From NCBI RefSeq assembly GCF_964355755.1, contig NC_092674.1:11470001-11534000 (forward strand): a stretch of 64,000 nucleotides of DNA, read 5' to 3'. Each line of letters starts with the position of its first letter. Position 1 is the stretch's first letter. The position numbers and the translations under genes were made by a program. The notes beneath the pieces are model-generated. The model saw nothing but the letters and a program-made list of their open reading frames with translations, was not told the origin of the DNA and searched no databases. Shown here piece after piece: positions 12,456 through 23,262 of this stretch. Source of the stretch: Antedon mediterranea. Taxonomy: Eukaryota; Animalia; Echinodermata.

Positions 12456-13052
12456 TTATACTGGCCATAAAAGTTTTGTTCCATATATTAGGGCGTTCCG
12501 CACACTTCTAATGAATCGCTTCATTCCTGATAATTTGTGGACATGATCAGCAGTGCTTAAATGCACACCATCTCTTCCCACGTGAGTAAAGTCCGCCTTA
12601 AAACCGCGATGCCTCCAAAAAATCACTTTAGGATGGTCAGCGAAAAGCGATTCTAAAATATTATTCACTTTCTTTATCGTTGTGTTGAACGTGGGTACAG
12701 AGTTTTTCGGTAACCTACGGATGAGCTCTCCTATTATCACTAATTTGACATCTGCCCCCAGCAATAAAAAGTCAATGAATGCCTGATAGTGTCGTATGAA
12801 GGTTGAAATATTACATGTTCCTATGTCATTTTCTCCTATCTGAATGTATACTATGTCGAACGATGTACGGCCCTTGAATAAAGAGGGTAGGTTCCGTACT
12901 CTGGCACCGCCTTTGGATTTAAAGTCCAGTAAATATGAATTATTTAGGCGCAAATGTTTGTCATCAGGAGAATTACTCACGTGTTCAGCCAAACGCCGAA
13001 TAAAAGAGTGTCCGAGTATGCATACTTCGTGACGAACAGGTATCAGTTCCAT
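12456..13052 (-). CDS. SGNH/GDSL hydrolase (transposon-associated), intact
   Basis: Block I VCILGHSFIRRL, block II GGA, block III IGENDI and block V DGVHL, with all catalytic residues present. ATG at 13052. Confidence 0.85.
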   Translation of the reverse strand: MELIPVRHEVCILGHSFIRRLAEHVSNSPDDKHLRLNNSYLLDFKSKGGARVRNLPSLFKGRTSFDIVYIQIGENDIGTCNISTFIRHYQAFIDFLLLGADVKLVIIGELIRRLPKNSVPTFNTTIKKVNNILESLFADHPKVIFWRHRGFKADFTHVGRDGVHLSTADHVHKLSGMKRFIRSVRNALIYGTKLLWPV

Positions 13053-13485
13053 GATACTTAAAAATCGCAATTAAACGTTGTAATACATACCCGATAAATA
13101 CCCTATAAGAGGTAAAACAGCTAGTTCACGATACAATACCACTTCGTTAAAAGAAGTTAAAATTATTAAAATTAAAATTATTTTATACAGCAAACTTAAT
13201 AAATGCGATGTTTGTCCGGAGACGGTTATGAAGCGAATGTCGTGCTTCAGAATTAAACCACACGCCTAGAATTTAATGAGTTTACCAGTCATACTTTGAA
13301 TACCATTCTACCCTGAAGATATCATAAATCGGTAGCTTCATGGTCATCCCATCTAAACAGCTTACATAAAGTCATGGGAAACTGACCGATAAACTATACC
13401 TAGAGTGAAACCCATTGACACAAACGATTCTTCCTTTGGTATTTTTACTCGGAAGAAATTATTGCTTGCATCAGGTATAGGTGTA

Positions 13486-14276
13486 GACACAGATTTATCA
13501 TCACCATTTGTATGATTTATATGCTTCTGGCAAAAGACCCAACTCCAATTTTATTTCCTTGAACCGGAGGCCACTTCTGGAAATAGCTCTCTGCATATTT
13601 CTTTGATTATATTGTACTTTTCTTATATTCTGTCAGATTTGGCACAGCAACATGAACTTTCAGCATACAGTATTTCTTTGGCCGTACTCGATTATGTTGG
13701 AGGAAATAAGCATAAGAGCAAACAAAGCCTTTACCACAGGGTGTAATTCACTATTTTGAATCAGTATTACGACTGTACTAATGTGTTGACTGGGCCAGGA
13801 ATGATGGTAGTGCTAGTATACCATGTAGTTTGCCTCAAGGCAATACCACGTAGCTGCAGTAGTTTGGAGACATTAGAGATTTCATGAGACTTGGTGTGTG
13901 ATGATTCAGCAAAATAATCTGTACTGTGAAAGACAAAATTAGTGAATTGGGGAATAATATGCCTATACTTCAAATAATAGTGGTTCGTCGTCAATAACAA
14001 CGTCGGCCCTGTCTTCTTCACTGTACTTTTCCATATTACTTTTGTACGCTGATCGGTGGAGTCCATGTAGTTCCTTTCCAGCTCTAAATGGTTCTGGGAA
14101 TTGTTGTGAAGTCTTGATAATCGATTCAACTGTGGCAACTGCTAACTTGTTTCCGATTCAACTGTGGCGACTGCTAACTTGTTTCCTAGTTTTGTTTTGT
14201 TGAGATTTACTGAAATTGAAAATGTCCTTTCAAAAGTTGCAGTACTCTGTGGAAGATTCTTTATAACACTCTTCTT
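13486..14276. repeat. Third, internally deleted copy of the duplicated unit
   Basis: 13486-13555 matches ~6252-6310/14322-14385, and 13560-14275 matches 17105-17822. Confidence 0.85.
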
Positions 14277-17200
14277 CAGCGATACAGATTTGCCTGACGA
14301 AAAACCTTACAGGTACAGGTACACACACAGATTTATCATCACAATTTATATGCTTCTGGCAAAAGACCCAACTCAAATATTTTTGAGGTGAATTCCGTCA
14401 GCAGAAAATGACACAACTGTTGTCAATCTTTTATTATTTGTATCATTAATTCGTTAACAGGCTCTTTTTTCCGATGAAGTATTGAGGATATTGTCAACTT
14501 CTACTATATATTTACTAGTTTACTCGATACTATTGGTAGAGTTATATATCATAAATACAAAGAATACCTGGTTACTTCATAGTATGCCTACTATTATTAC
14601 ACGACAAATTTGTTTCATATGCTAGCAGAGCATTCGCCCTTTACTACACTCATCAAGTGTTCTCCAAGTAGTGAGGGAGTAGGGCCATTTTGTAAGAGAC
14701 AGAACCCTACGAAATAATAAAAGAGGATAAAAAATTATGAACAGATGTAATTTATGTTACGATGTTGCATTTTAATACACCGTTATTATCCATGCCGGGT
14801 ATCTATTCATAGCACTGGATGCTAGGTATATTGCGTCCAAGAATACCAAAGATGGAGTAAACTAATTATAACTATACAATTGTAGTGATTTGATATTTTA
14901 ATATCTCCAAAAATGGTTAGTTATTATTACAACCCTATAAAATAATAATAATATCTTCGGAAGGCCCTCACTGATTAGTTGACCATTGTCATCTAGCATC
15001 ATTTCTTTACATGCGCGCAACATTTCTCTCAAAAATTCTTGTCTCTGGCCCCCCTAAATCTTTAGCTCTCTCGCCCAAAAACTCAACTTCCAGTGGAACT
15101 GTTAAGTCAGGGTCAGGCGCCATAAGTTCGACAACTCCGTCAGCGAAAAGCGTGTTCCTAGAGGGAAATGTGTTTTTAAGTATGATTTTCTCAAATAATG
15201 AACCTTGTCGGTATGTAGTTTTTATTTGTCGTAATTGTAATTACCGTGCGATAAACATTGGAAATGTGTTGCCTTCCATGGTTTCAGCATCGGTTGTGAG
15301 GTCGAGTGGGTGACCACGCATCACATTCTTCTGAAACGTTCTCAGAATTTCCACAGGATTATTTCCTTTAAACAATAAAAAAAACTTAAATAATTAGCAG
15401 CAAGTCGTTATTTTCATTAAAGAAAAGACTAAAAACTTAAATTATTTTAAGTTAGCTGATATTAAATGTTAGTTTCTCAGTTTTATCCACTTTTCTTAAT
15501 TGTTATTATTATTATTAAAGGATGGCAAAGTTTAGTAAACTTCTAATTTGACTCCTAATTTAGTTGTGTTCTATTATTGTTTATGCGTACACTATTATTA
15601 TCTTGTTTGCATTATAAACACTATTATTTTAATATTTTGCATAAACGCTATTTGAATTGAATTGAAATAACTTGCGTTGTATTCAGCGTTTTTCTGACGG
15701 CTTTGTGAACATGAGTTTGCAAGGGTTTAAATGTTGGTCTGCCTTTGGAACATCCCTAAATAACAACAGATGGTGTTATATTACAAAAATTGAAATTTAA
15801 ATTGTTTGCGCCAAATGGTGAAGATACTGTGAGCCGGGCTAGGCACACTGACAGAGCATAGTGAGTCAACCAGTATCGGATTTCAAATAATAAATACGTT
15901 GCGCTGTAGTAACTTCCTTACAATTGAAGTGGGAATGTTATAGGAAAAACCCCTCCAGTCTCTTCTAGCAAGCACAATTTACGCATTATTATTAGTATCA
16001 TGCGTGTATAGGCTTATTTGTGAAGTACTGTACAAATTTGAACGATGATATAATAACGCATTACCTATTACAATTTCTAAGAATGGTTGTTATCGTCCAA
16101 AATAATACCTTGTGGGTCATATTTAAAAACGACAACTACAATATAGGTTACGATTTAGATGGTAAAACAATATTTTAGACTACTGTATTAAAATTATTCC
16201 CAGTAACTTTTATGAGAACTCTTCAATACTTCACTAGCTGTTTTAAATTAAATACTATAGGCACATAATCAATAAATCAATAAATACAAATCAACAAAAA
16301 TTATCTTTACCTTACTCTTCATTCTTTTCTTCTCACTAAGTTCTTTGACACTAGCATAGTGTTTTGTTGAATCAACATTTCCCTGTTGAATCCACTGAAA
16401 TTCAACAGCGGTAAAAAATGGCTATTGAATCACAGGCAAATTTGTGTTGCAGAAAAAAGGATGTGTCAAAGTTATTACTGGTTTTCATTATGACATCGAT
16501 ACTTTAGGTATTGCTAAATATACTTGAAAAATTGCTTGATAGCGTTTTGTTCTTTTCTTGATAAAAATCTTGAGGATGTGCATTTAATTTAAATTATTAA
16601 ACCATATTTAGGGATTAAAAATGAAGGAACAACATACCGGTCGATGGTATCAAGGGAACTGTGTGATTAATTGATGTTGATTCATGATCTTCATCAAATT
16701 GGCACCATAAAATGCCAGTATCCGGACCACAATCCTGATCACAAGGTGTCAATTTTTCCATTGTAACGCTAATGACAAGAATTACACTGGGAGCATTTCT
16801 TAAATCAAAATTAACAATTATTAAATACTTCAATGATGACCATAGTGTTCATAGATTATATAAATGTCATTTGATAATGTTTGATTAATAATAGAGAAAC
16901 ATAATCTGTATCTATAATATATATCTATAATATACTCATAGCACTAATAACAAGTTGCCACTATATATGTTGTTGGTCTATGGCCTCTGTTCTTATCTAT
17001 TGAAGCAACCAGAACATCTTGACGGTATGCTTTTGCAAACTCCAATAATGCCTGATTCACAGACATAGGAGGAAATGCTGAAATGCTGAAATAGAAGAGG
17101 CCTCGAACTGGAGGCCACTTCTGGAAATAGCTCTCTGCATATTTCTTTGATTACATTGTACTTTTCTTATGGCACAGCAACTTGATTCTTTGCTATCTCG

Positions 17201-17822
17201 TCTAAAATGTTACAGTAGTGTGACATACAGTATTTCTTAGGCCGTACTCGATTATGTTGGAGGAAATAAGCATAAGAGCAAACAAAGCCTTTACCACAGG
17301 GTGTAATTCACTATTTTGAATCAGTATTACGACTGTACTAATGTGTTGACCGGGCCCGGAATGATGGTAGTGCTAGTATACCATGTAGTTTAGCCTCAAG
17401 GCAATACCATGTAGCTGGAGTAGTTTGGAGAAATACATTAGAGATTCATGAGACTTGGTGTGTGATGATTTAGCAAAATAATCTCTACTGTGAAAGACAA
17501 AATTGTTGAATTGGGGAATATTATGCCTATACTTCAAATAATGGTGGTTCGTCATCAATAGCAACGTCGGCCCTGTCTTCTTCACTGTACTTTTCCCTAT
17601 AAATTTTGTACGCTGATCGGTGGAGTCCATGTAGTTCCTTTTCGGCTATAATTGGTTCTGGGAATTGTTGTGAAGTCTTGATAATCGATTCAACTGTGGC
17701 AACTGCTAACTTGTTTTCTAGTTTTGTTTTGTTGAGAGTTACCTCAATGTTCTTTCAAAAGTTGCAGTACTCTGTGGAAGAGAAGGCACATAAATGTGCC
17801 TAGTTCTTTATAACACTCTTCT
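14277..17822. repeat. Local segmental duplication, copy B, with HECT pseudo-exon at ~14990-15365 (minus)
   Basis: Near-identical to 6212-9782 and 13560-14275, with a unique insert at ~14540-14730. Confidence 0.95.
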
Positions 17823-18529
17823 CCGGCAACTGCTGCCCACCATTTTGTTATGTTCTAAGGCAATCTTTCGAAAATATTCCTTTCTGCAAGAAAGGGCTGC
17901 CACTGTCAATTATTCTCGGATTTGAAAATTCTAGAATCTTTGAGCTAAGGCATTCCCAGTTGCTGATGGGGAATACCTTGTTATAATGCTTTTGAGCAGA
18001 TCCACTGAAGGTTTACTAGTACAGAATCATCAAATTTGATTCTTTTCAGAATCTGATTGACAGCCTTAATGAAAAACTGCCTACAACGAAAAAGATTCCC
18101 GCTCATCGTCCCAACAGTAACCTGAGCATCTTCACCTGTATACCTCAGCGATGTCATTGTAATACTCTTTCAAAAAGTTTAAACATAATGACTTGACAAT
18201 CCGACGGACCTCTGGCAACAGTCTATGAGATAAAATATATATGTTTTTAGTATAAATCTACTTTTCACATTTTATTTTTTTATCGCAATCACAAATTATG
18301 CTAATTTGTTTACTATTTAATCATAATGTACGTGAGCATAGAAGTAATTAATCAATTATTTTGATTTGATTGAAACAGCGTTAAAACAGATTTTGTAATG
18401 ATAAAATTATACATTAAATGAGAGTGAATTCATGGTTTATTCTTTATTATTGGATCATCAGGAACTTTGTTCAATATTATACAAATAACTTAGTGACATT
18501 TAATAACACAAATAAGATTTGTACGCCTA

Positions 18530-19380
18530 CCTGTGTAATTTGAAATCATCAGGCTGGAGCATCCGATTAAGGTTTGTGAAGTCAGGCAAAATATAATCTA
18601 AGAATTTCAGAGTACCTCTGATGTATATATTTTTGCTGCAGCTGGAATCCTGATATTAACCGGCAGATGTGCCTACTTATCAAAGTACTCTACCAGGGCA
18701 GGCCACTGCTCCATCAACCGCCTCACACACTGTGACAGTGACAACCATGTTGGACTGTGGCAAGAGTCCAAACTCCTTTTGGAATTCTTCAAACTTTTGT
18801 TGTCTACAAGAAATACTCATTGTAATCACAATTTTGAATTAATGATTTATGTATTGTTTAATAATTTACAGGGGGAAAACTTTTTTTTTCTTTTTAGATC
18901 TTTTCTCTTAGACCTCAAAATAGTTTTATTATCTTTTTCAAATTCATACGTAATGACTTTAGGACAATGTCGACATAATACAGAGTGTCGGACAGGAACT
19001 TCACATTTTGAAAATACAGATTTATGATTTCTACTGGTTTCATAAATGTTCAAATTTTATTTTATAGTTATCAATTCTGACCTCTTAGAAGATGTTCTGA
19101 AATAATTATATATATCATGAACAAGCTGCTCTGCTGATTTACTTAACAACTGGCAAGCGTGACTTGCCACCAGGTGAAACGTGTGGCAAAAGCATTTTAG
19201 GACAACGATTTTTTCTTCACTCTGGTTAGCACCGAGTCAATTCCCCTTTGCATCAAATTTTCACCATCGCTGGCATATCCTACAACAGAACTCCATGATA
19301 GATTATCGTCACACAAGGCCTGATTCAAAAAATAGAAAATTCCCTGCACTTTTCCATCTGCCAGACCAACTTTAATCAGT
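18530..19380 (-). mobile_element. hAT-superfamily transposase remnant, interrupted at ~18815-19080
   Basis: GYASDGENLM..DSVLTRVK, KCFCHTFHLVASHAC..L....EQLVHDIYNYFRTSSKR, RQQKFEEFQ, TWLSLSQCVRRLMEQWPALVEYF and LKFLDYILPDFTNLNRMLQ give the hAT CxxH and (R)W motifs. Confidence 0.85.
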
Positions 19381-19544
19381 CGGTAAAATGTGGTATTTCT
19401 TTCGTAAAATCGAAAATTAACACAATAGGTTTGTTCAGCAGTTATGTCTGTGGCTTTATCGCAAAGTATTGAAAATCCTAAATGGAAAATAACAATAAAA
19501 AGTGATCAATACAGTTAATAGGCTTTTTAAATGCATAAGGTACA

Positions 19545-20735
19545 GTACAAAGAATACAAGTCTACAAGATACAAGATACAAGATAACTTTATTGTCAAAA
19601 TTGTTAACAATTTCGAGATATGTTTTGTACCTGAGTAGAATAAATAATACGATGTGATAACTATATAAATAAATACAAATGATACAAGACTATCTTGAAA
19701 AGTTTTTGTTAAATAAATTGCATGCTATGTAAATTGGTGAAAATCTGAAACGGTTTGTGGATATTTTTTCCTGTGTCAGTCTAACCCTTCCTGATCTACT
19801 TATAATGATGTCTGAAATGTAATGGGTGGGATGGGTCTTGCATAATTGTGTCAAATTTCTTAAGTATGAATGTATTAAACATTTCATCTAAAGATTTCAC
19901 TTCTACACCGATAACTCTGCTGGCCTTGTTTACTAATCTCTGAATTTGACTTTTACTGTTTACATTGATATGAGAAAACCAAACAATAATACAATAAGAA
20001 ATGATTAATTGAACAACAGAGGAATAAAACATTTGAATGAGATGAGAACTAACATTAAACCGTTTCATTTTGTATATAAAGTACATTCTCTTATTAGCCT
20101 TGGTACGGAATTCTTTAGTGTTGCTCTCCCAATTATTATCAATTATTAATCCCAAGTACTTATGACTTTCTACTATTTCAACAATTTCATTATCGATTTC
20201 AATATTTACATGATTAGTTTTATTTTTCCTTCTAAAATCGACAATAACCTCTTTAGTTTTTTTGGCATTTAGTTCAAGACAATTTTGTTTACACCAGACT
20301 ACAAAATGTTCAACATATTCATTAAACAGGGATGTATTATTTGAAATTAAACCAACTAGGCAAGTATCATCTGCAAACTTAACATTAAATGATTTACTTG
20401 GGTCAATATCACTATAAAAATCAGAATATAATGAAAAAAGTAAGGGTGAGAGAACGCATCCCTGTGGTGCACTTGTATTACAAGTTAACTGCTTAGATAC
20501 GCTACCCCTAAACTTAACAATCTGTGTTCTTTCATTTAAGAAATCAGAAATCCAGAGATTTAATCGTGGATTTATTCCTAACTTTAATAATTTATCTGTA
20601 AGTAAATGAGGCTGAATTGTATTGAACGCTGCAGAAAAATCTAAAAATAATATTCTAGCATAGTTATTTGGATATTCAAGATGACCATACACCTTTTGCG
20701 TGAGCGTCATAACTGCGTCAACTACGCCCCTTTTT
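19545..20735 (-). mobile_element. 5'-truncated LINE (Rex1/Babar-like) reverse transcriptase with 3' UTR and (TCTTGTA)n tail
   Basis: LFLDFSAAFNTIQPHLL, PQGCVLSPLLFSLY, KFADDT, KTKEVIVDFRR, DPSHPLH. AATAAA followed by TCTTGTA repeats at ~19545-19595. Confidence 0.92.
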
Positions 20736-21630
20736 TCCCTTAATTTTTTCTTCTCCAAGAGGTTGATACGGAAGTGAGATTTTACTCGGGATAGATAAAG
20801 CACTATGTATTGTTTGGCCTTTAATATTATATGCTGCAATCCCTGTAGGAGCTAATTTCAATATTGACAAATCATCAGGATTTTCCATAATTTTTCCAAG
20901 AATATGTGTCGCTTCATTATAAATACAATTTACCAAATTACTTTTCCCTGTACCAGCGCCTCCAGTTATGAAAGTGTAAAATAGTTCAGGTTTTTTACCA
21001 TTAAGTTTGTCTAAACACCATTGTCTTGTCTTATAAAATATATGTTGTAGTTTTTCATTTAAAGATCGAATCATTTTGTTCAATTCTGGCCTTGGAATAT
21101 TAGATGAATTAGACTCTATTTAATAGATGTATGGCTTTTTTGAAGTCCAAAATCTGGAATAAAAAATTAATTTCACGTCTACATTTGGCTTTAGGTTGTC
21201 TAACCTTTCTTTTTCGCTTTCAGGACATAATAGGCTCCATACATCTTCCTGTGGTCCAAATTTTGATAAAAACTCTTTTGCTTCTTCAACATCATCAGCA
21301 CTTTTTTCATATTGTTTCATGTTTCCATTAACTATGGAATTTACAGTTTGCAATTTACAGCCGCATAATTTCACACATCCTTTCTCATAAAATTGTTCAT
21401 CTTTTCGAAATGGTAGAAATAACTGAAGTATACTAAAAAAATATTTCTCAGGTGCTGCATCCATTGGAAATCGAGGGTATCTTATTATAGCATTGATATA
21501 ATTCTTGTTCTTTTTTCGATGAATCCCAACTGTTTTTTTAATTGAAATACATTCTTTTTTTGTTTATTTCCTTTCATTTCTGATGAACTCAATATTCTAT
21601 ATTCTGAAAAAAATTTTGCAAGGCACATTT
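20736..21630 (-). mobile_element. Helentron/Helitron Rep-helicase fragment (inter-domain region and PIF1 motifs I/Ia), frameshifted
   Basis: CLAKFFSEYRI, IIRYPRF...PEKYF..ILQLFLPFR, SLNEK, FITGGAGTGKS, LAPTGIAAYNIKGQTIHSAL. Cut off by the LINE at ~20735. Confidence 0.88.
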
Positions 21631-21644
21631 ATTAAATTCAAATC

Positions 21645-22546
21645 TTATTTGGCAACTATGCGTTTCGAACCACCACCTGATTGTTGTTGTATTCCGTTTG
21701 TTACTTTTGTATTTTTCAAAACATCACACATATGCTTACCACTGTCGTCAATTATTGTTTGTGAATTTCCCAATACATACGTTTTATCATTTTCTTTGTT
21801 GAATTCTCTGTAAGTATTTGTATTCATATTCAATTCCATTTTGTTATTATTTCATCTTTCATAGAAATCTTTTACACCTTTGCCAATATATTTTACACCT
21901 CGTTCTATACTTAAACCATTTAAAACGCGCTTTCTCCTTTTCTTATTTCCTCTATTTTTACTTTTACTTTTTTTCTGTTGTCGGTTCTTTTCTTTGATTT
22001 TACCCTTATCCAATCACTACCAAGTAAATCTTCACTTCCTGTTTGTTGACATTTTTTTAATTTGGCATTATTACGTTTTTCCTTATTTTTCGTTAATTCT
22101 GGAAAGTCTGCAGTGACAGATTCATCAGGTTCTAGAATCGTATATCTATTGAAATGACAGGGAATACATATTTTACCCAATATGTTATCAACAAAATTAC
22201 TATACCCACGCATTGAACAAATCCAAATTACTCTGGAATCACATAGTTTGTCTTCAAAAACATCTCTTACACATTTCACTTGAAAATATTGACTACAACA
22301 GTCACATGTTATGCAATTGTCGTCTGCTTTCACTTCAATACTATATAAATCGCATGTATCATCAAACTCTGAAGTGACCTCTGTACCATAAGATAATATG
22401 TTTATGATATCATCAATTATTTCTTTAAATTCCGTTGTATCTTTGATAACTTCACAATCAACATTACATGTATCATCATTTTCCAGTTTTATAGTGCTCA
22501 TGTCTTTGACAATCTTAGATAAACAACATTGGTCAAGTAGGTCCAA
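21645..22546 (-). pseudogene. Acidic/Cys-rich coding remnant, probably the N-terminal part of the Helentron ORF
   Basis: 208-aa and 64-aa ORFs on the same strand directly upstream of the helicase fragment. No recognised domain. Confidence 0.35.
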
Positions 22547-22932
22547 GATTTCATCAATGACTGTTTCAAATTCTGCCTATCTATAATACCACTATCAACA
22601 TTACCAGCTGTATTTTGACATTATTGTACTCTTTATTTGTATTTTCTTTATTATTCTTAAAAAAGCACCATAACATTAAGAAGAACATTAAAAACATCAT
22701 ACCAATAATAAAGGTTATTAATTGTGTCCATTATGTATGGACAATCAAATCCAGAAATTGTTTTCAAATTCTATACAATTGATGTATTCTACTTCGTAAT
22801 TACTTTATACAAATATGTTTTTTTTCCTGCTAAACTTATATTTATCTTTCCAAATTGTGTTTCGAGACAACTAATGTTTATATTCACTATGCCTAACTTT
22901 TTTGGTTCTGCAAAAGCCTTGATAAACTTTCT

Positions 22933-22980
22933 ATAGATAATAGATAGATAGATAGATAGATTGATAGATAGATAATAGAC
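22933..22980. repeat. (GATA)n microsatellite
   Basis: Imperfect tagata-gata run. Confidence 0.9.
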
Positions 22981-23097
22981 TGCTGTCTATAAAAAGGTTT
23001 AAGATTTCGTTTTAATTCATCCAGTGGAGATTTTGCTTTAAATTTTGCTTTCGTGGTTGCTGATATGTAATACTTTATTCGGTTAATCCTCATTGGT

Positions 23098-23262
23098 TCT
23101 CTCTTTCTGAGATCATTGGTACTCTCTTTCTGAGAGCAGGATCTCTTTCAGAGAGCAGGATCTCTTTCTGAGAGCAGGATCTCTTTCGGAGAGCAGGATC
23201 TCTTTCGGAGAGCAGGATCTCTTTCGGAGATCAGGATCTCTTTCGGAGATCCAGGTCTCTTC
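23098..23262. repeat. 19-bp minisatellite (GATCTCTTTCGGAGAGCAG) in an exon-like segment; related single copy at ~25315-25380
   Basis: About seven tandem units. The minus-strand segment follows a polypyrimidine-CAG acceptor at ~23293. Confidence 0.85.

Larger units (their letters stand above)
10640..13250 (-). mobile_element. 3'-truncated DIRS/Ngaro-type tyrosine-recombinase retrotransposon (SGNH ORF, gag ORF, start of RT ORF)
   Basis: Intact SGNH and gag ORFs. An overlapping RT-frame start PTPIRLNNLTSYLTG...SILAGFKHGFNI (~10745-10640) has the TP....L...L..GF..GF.I pattern of DIRS RT N-termini. Outer boundaries are approximate. Confidence 0.75.

Noticed and set aside
19796-20839. 347-aa ORF as a novel helicase-RT fusion
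   Set aside because: The first ~35 aa are an alternative reading of the Helentron sequence. It is a chance open frame across a LINE 5' truncation junction.
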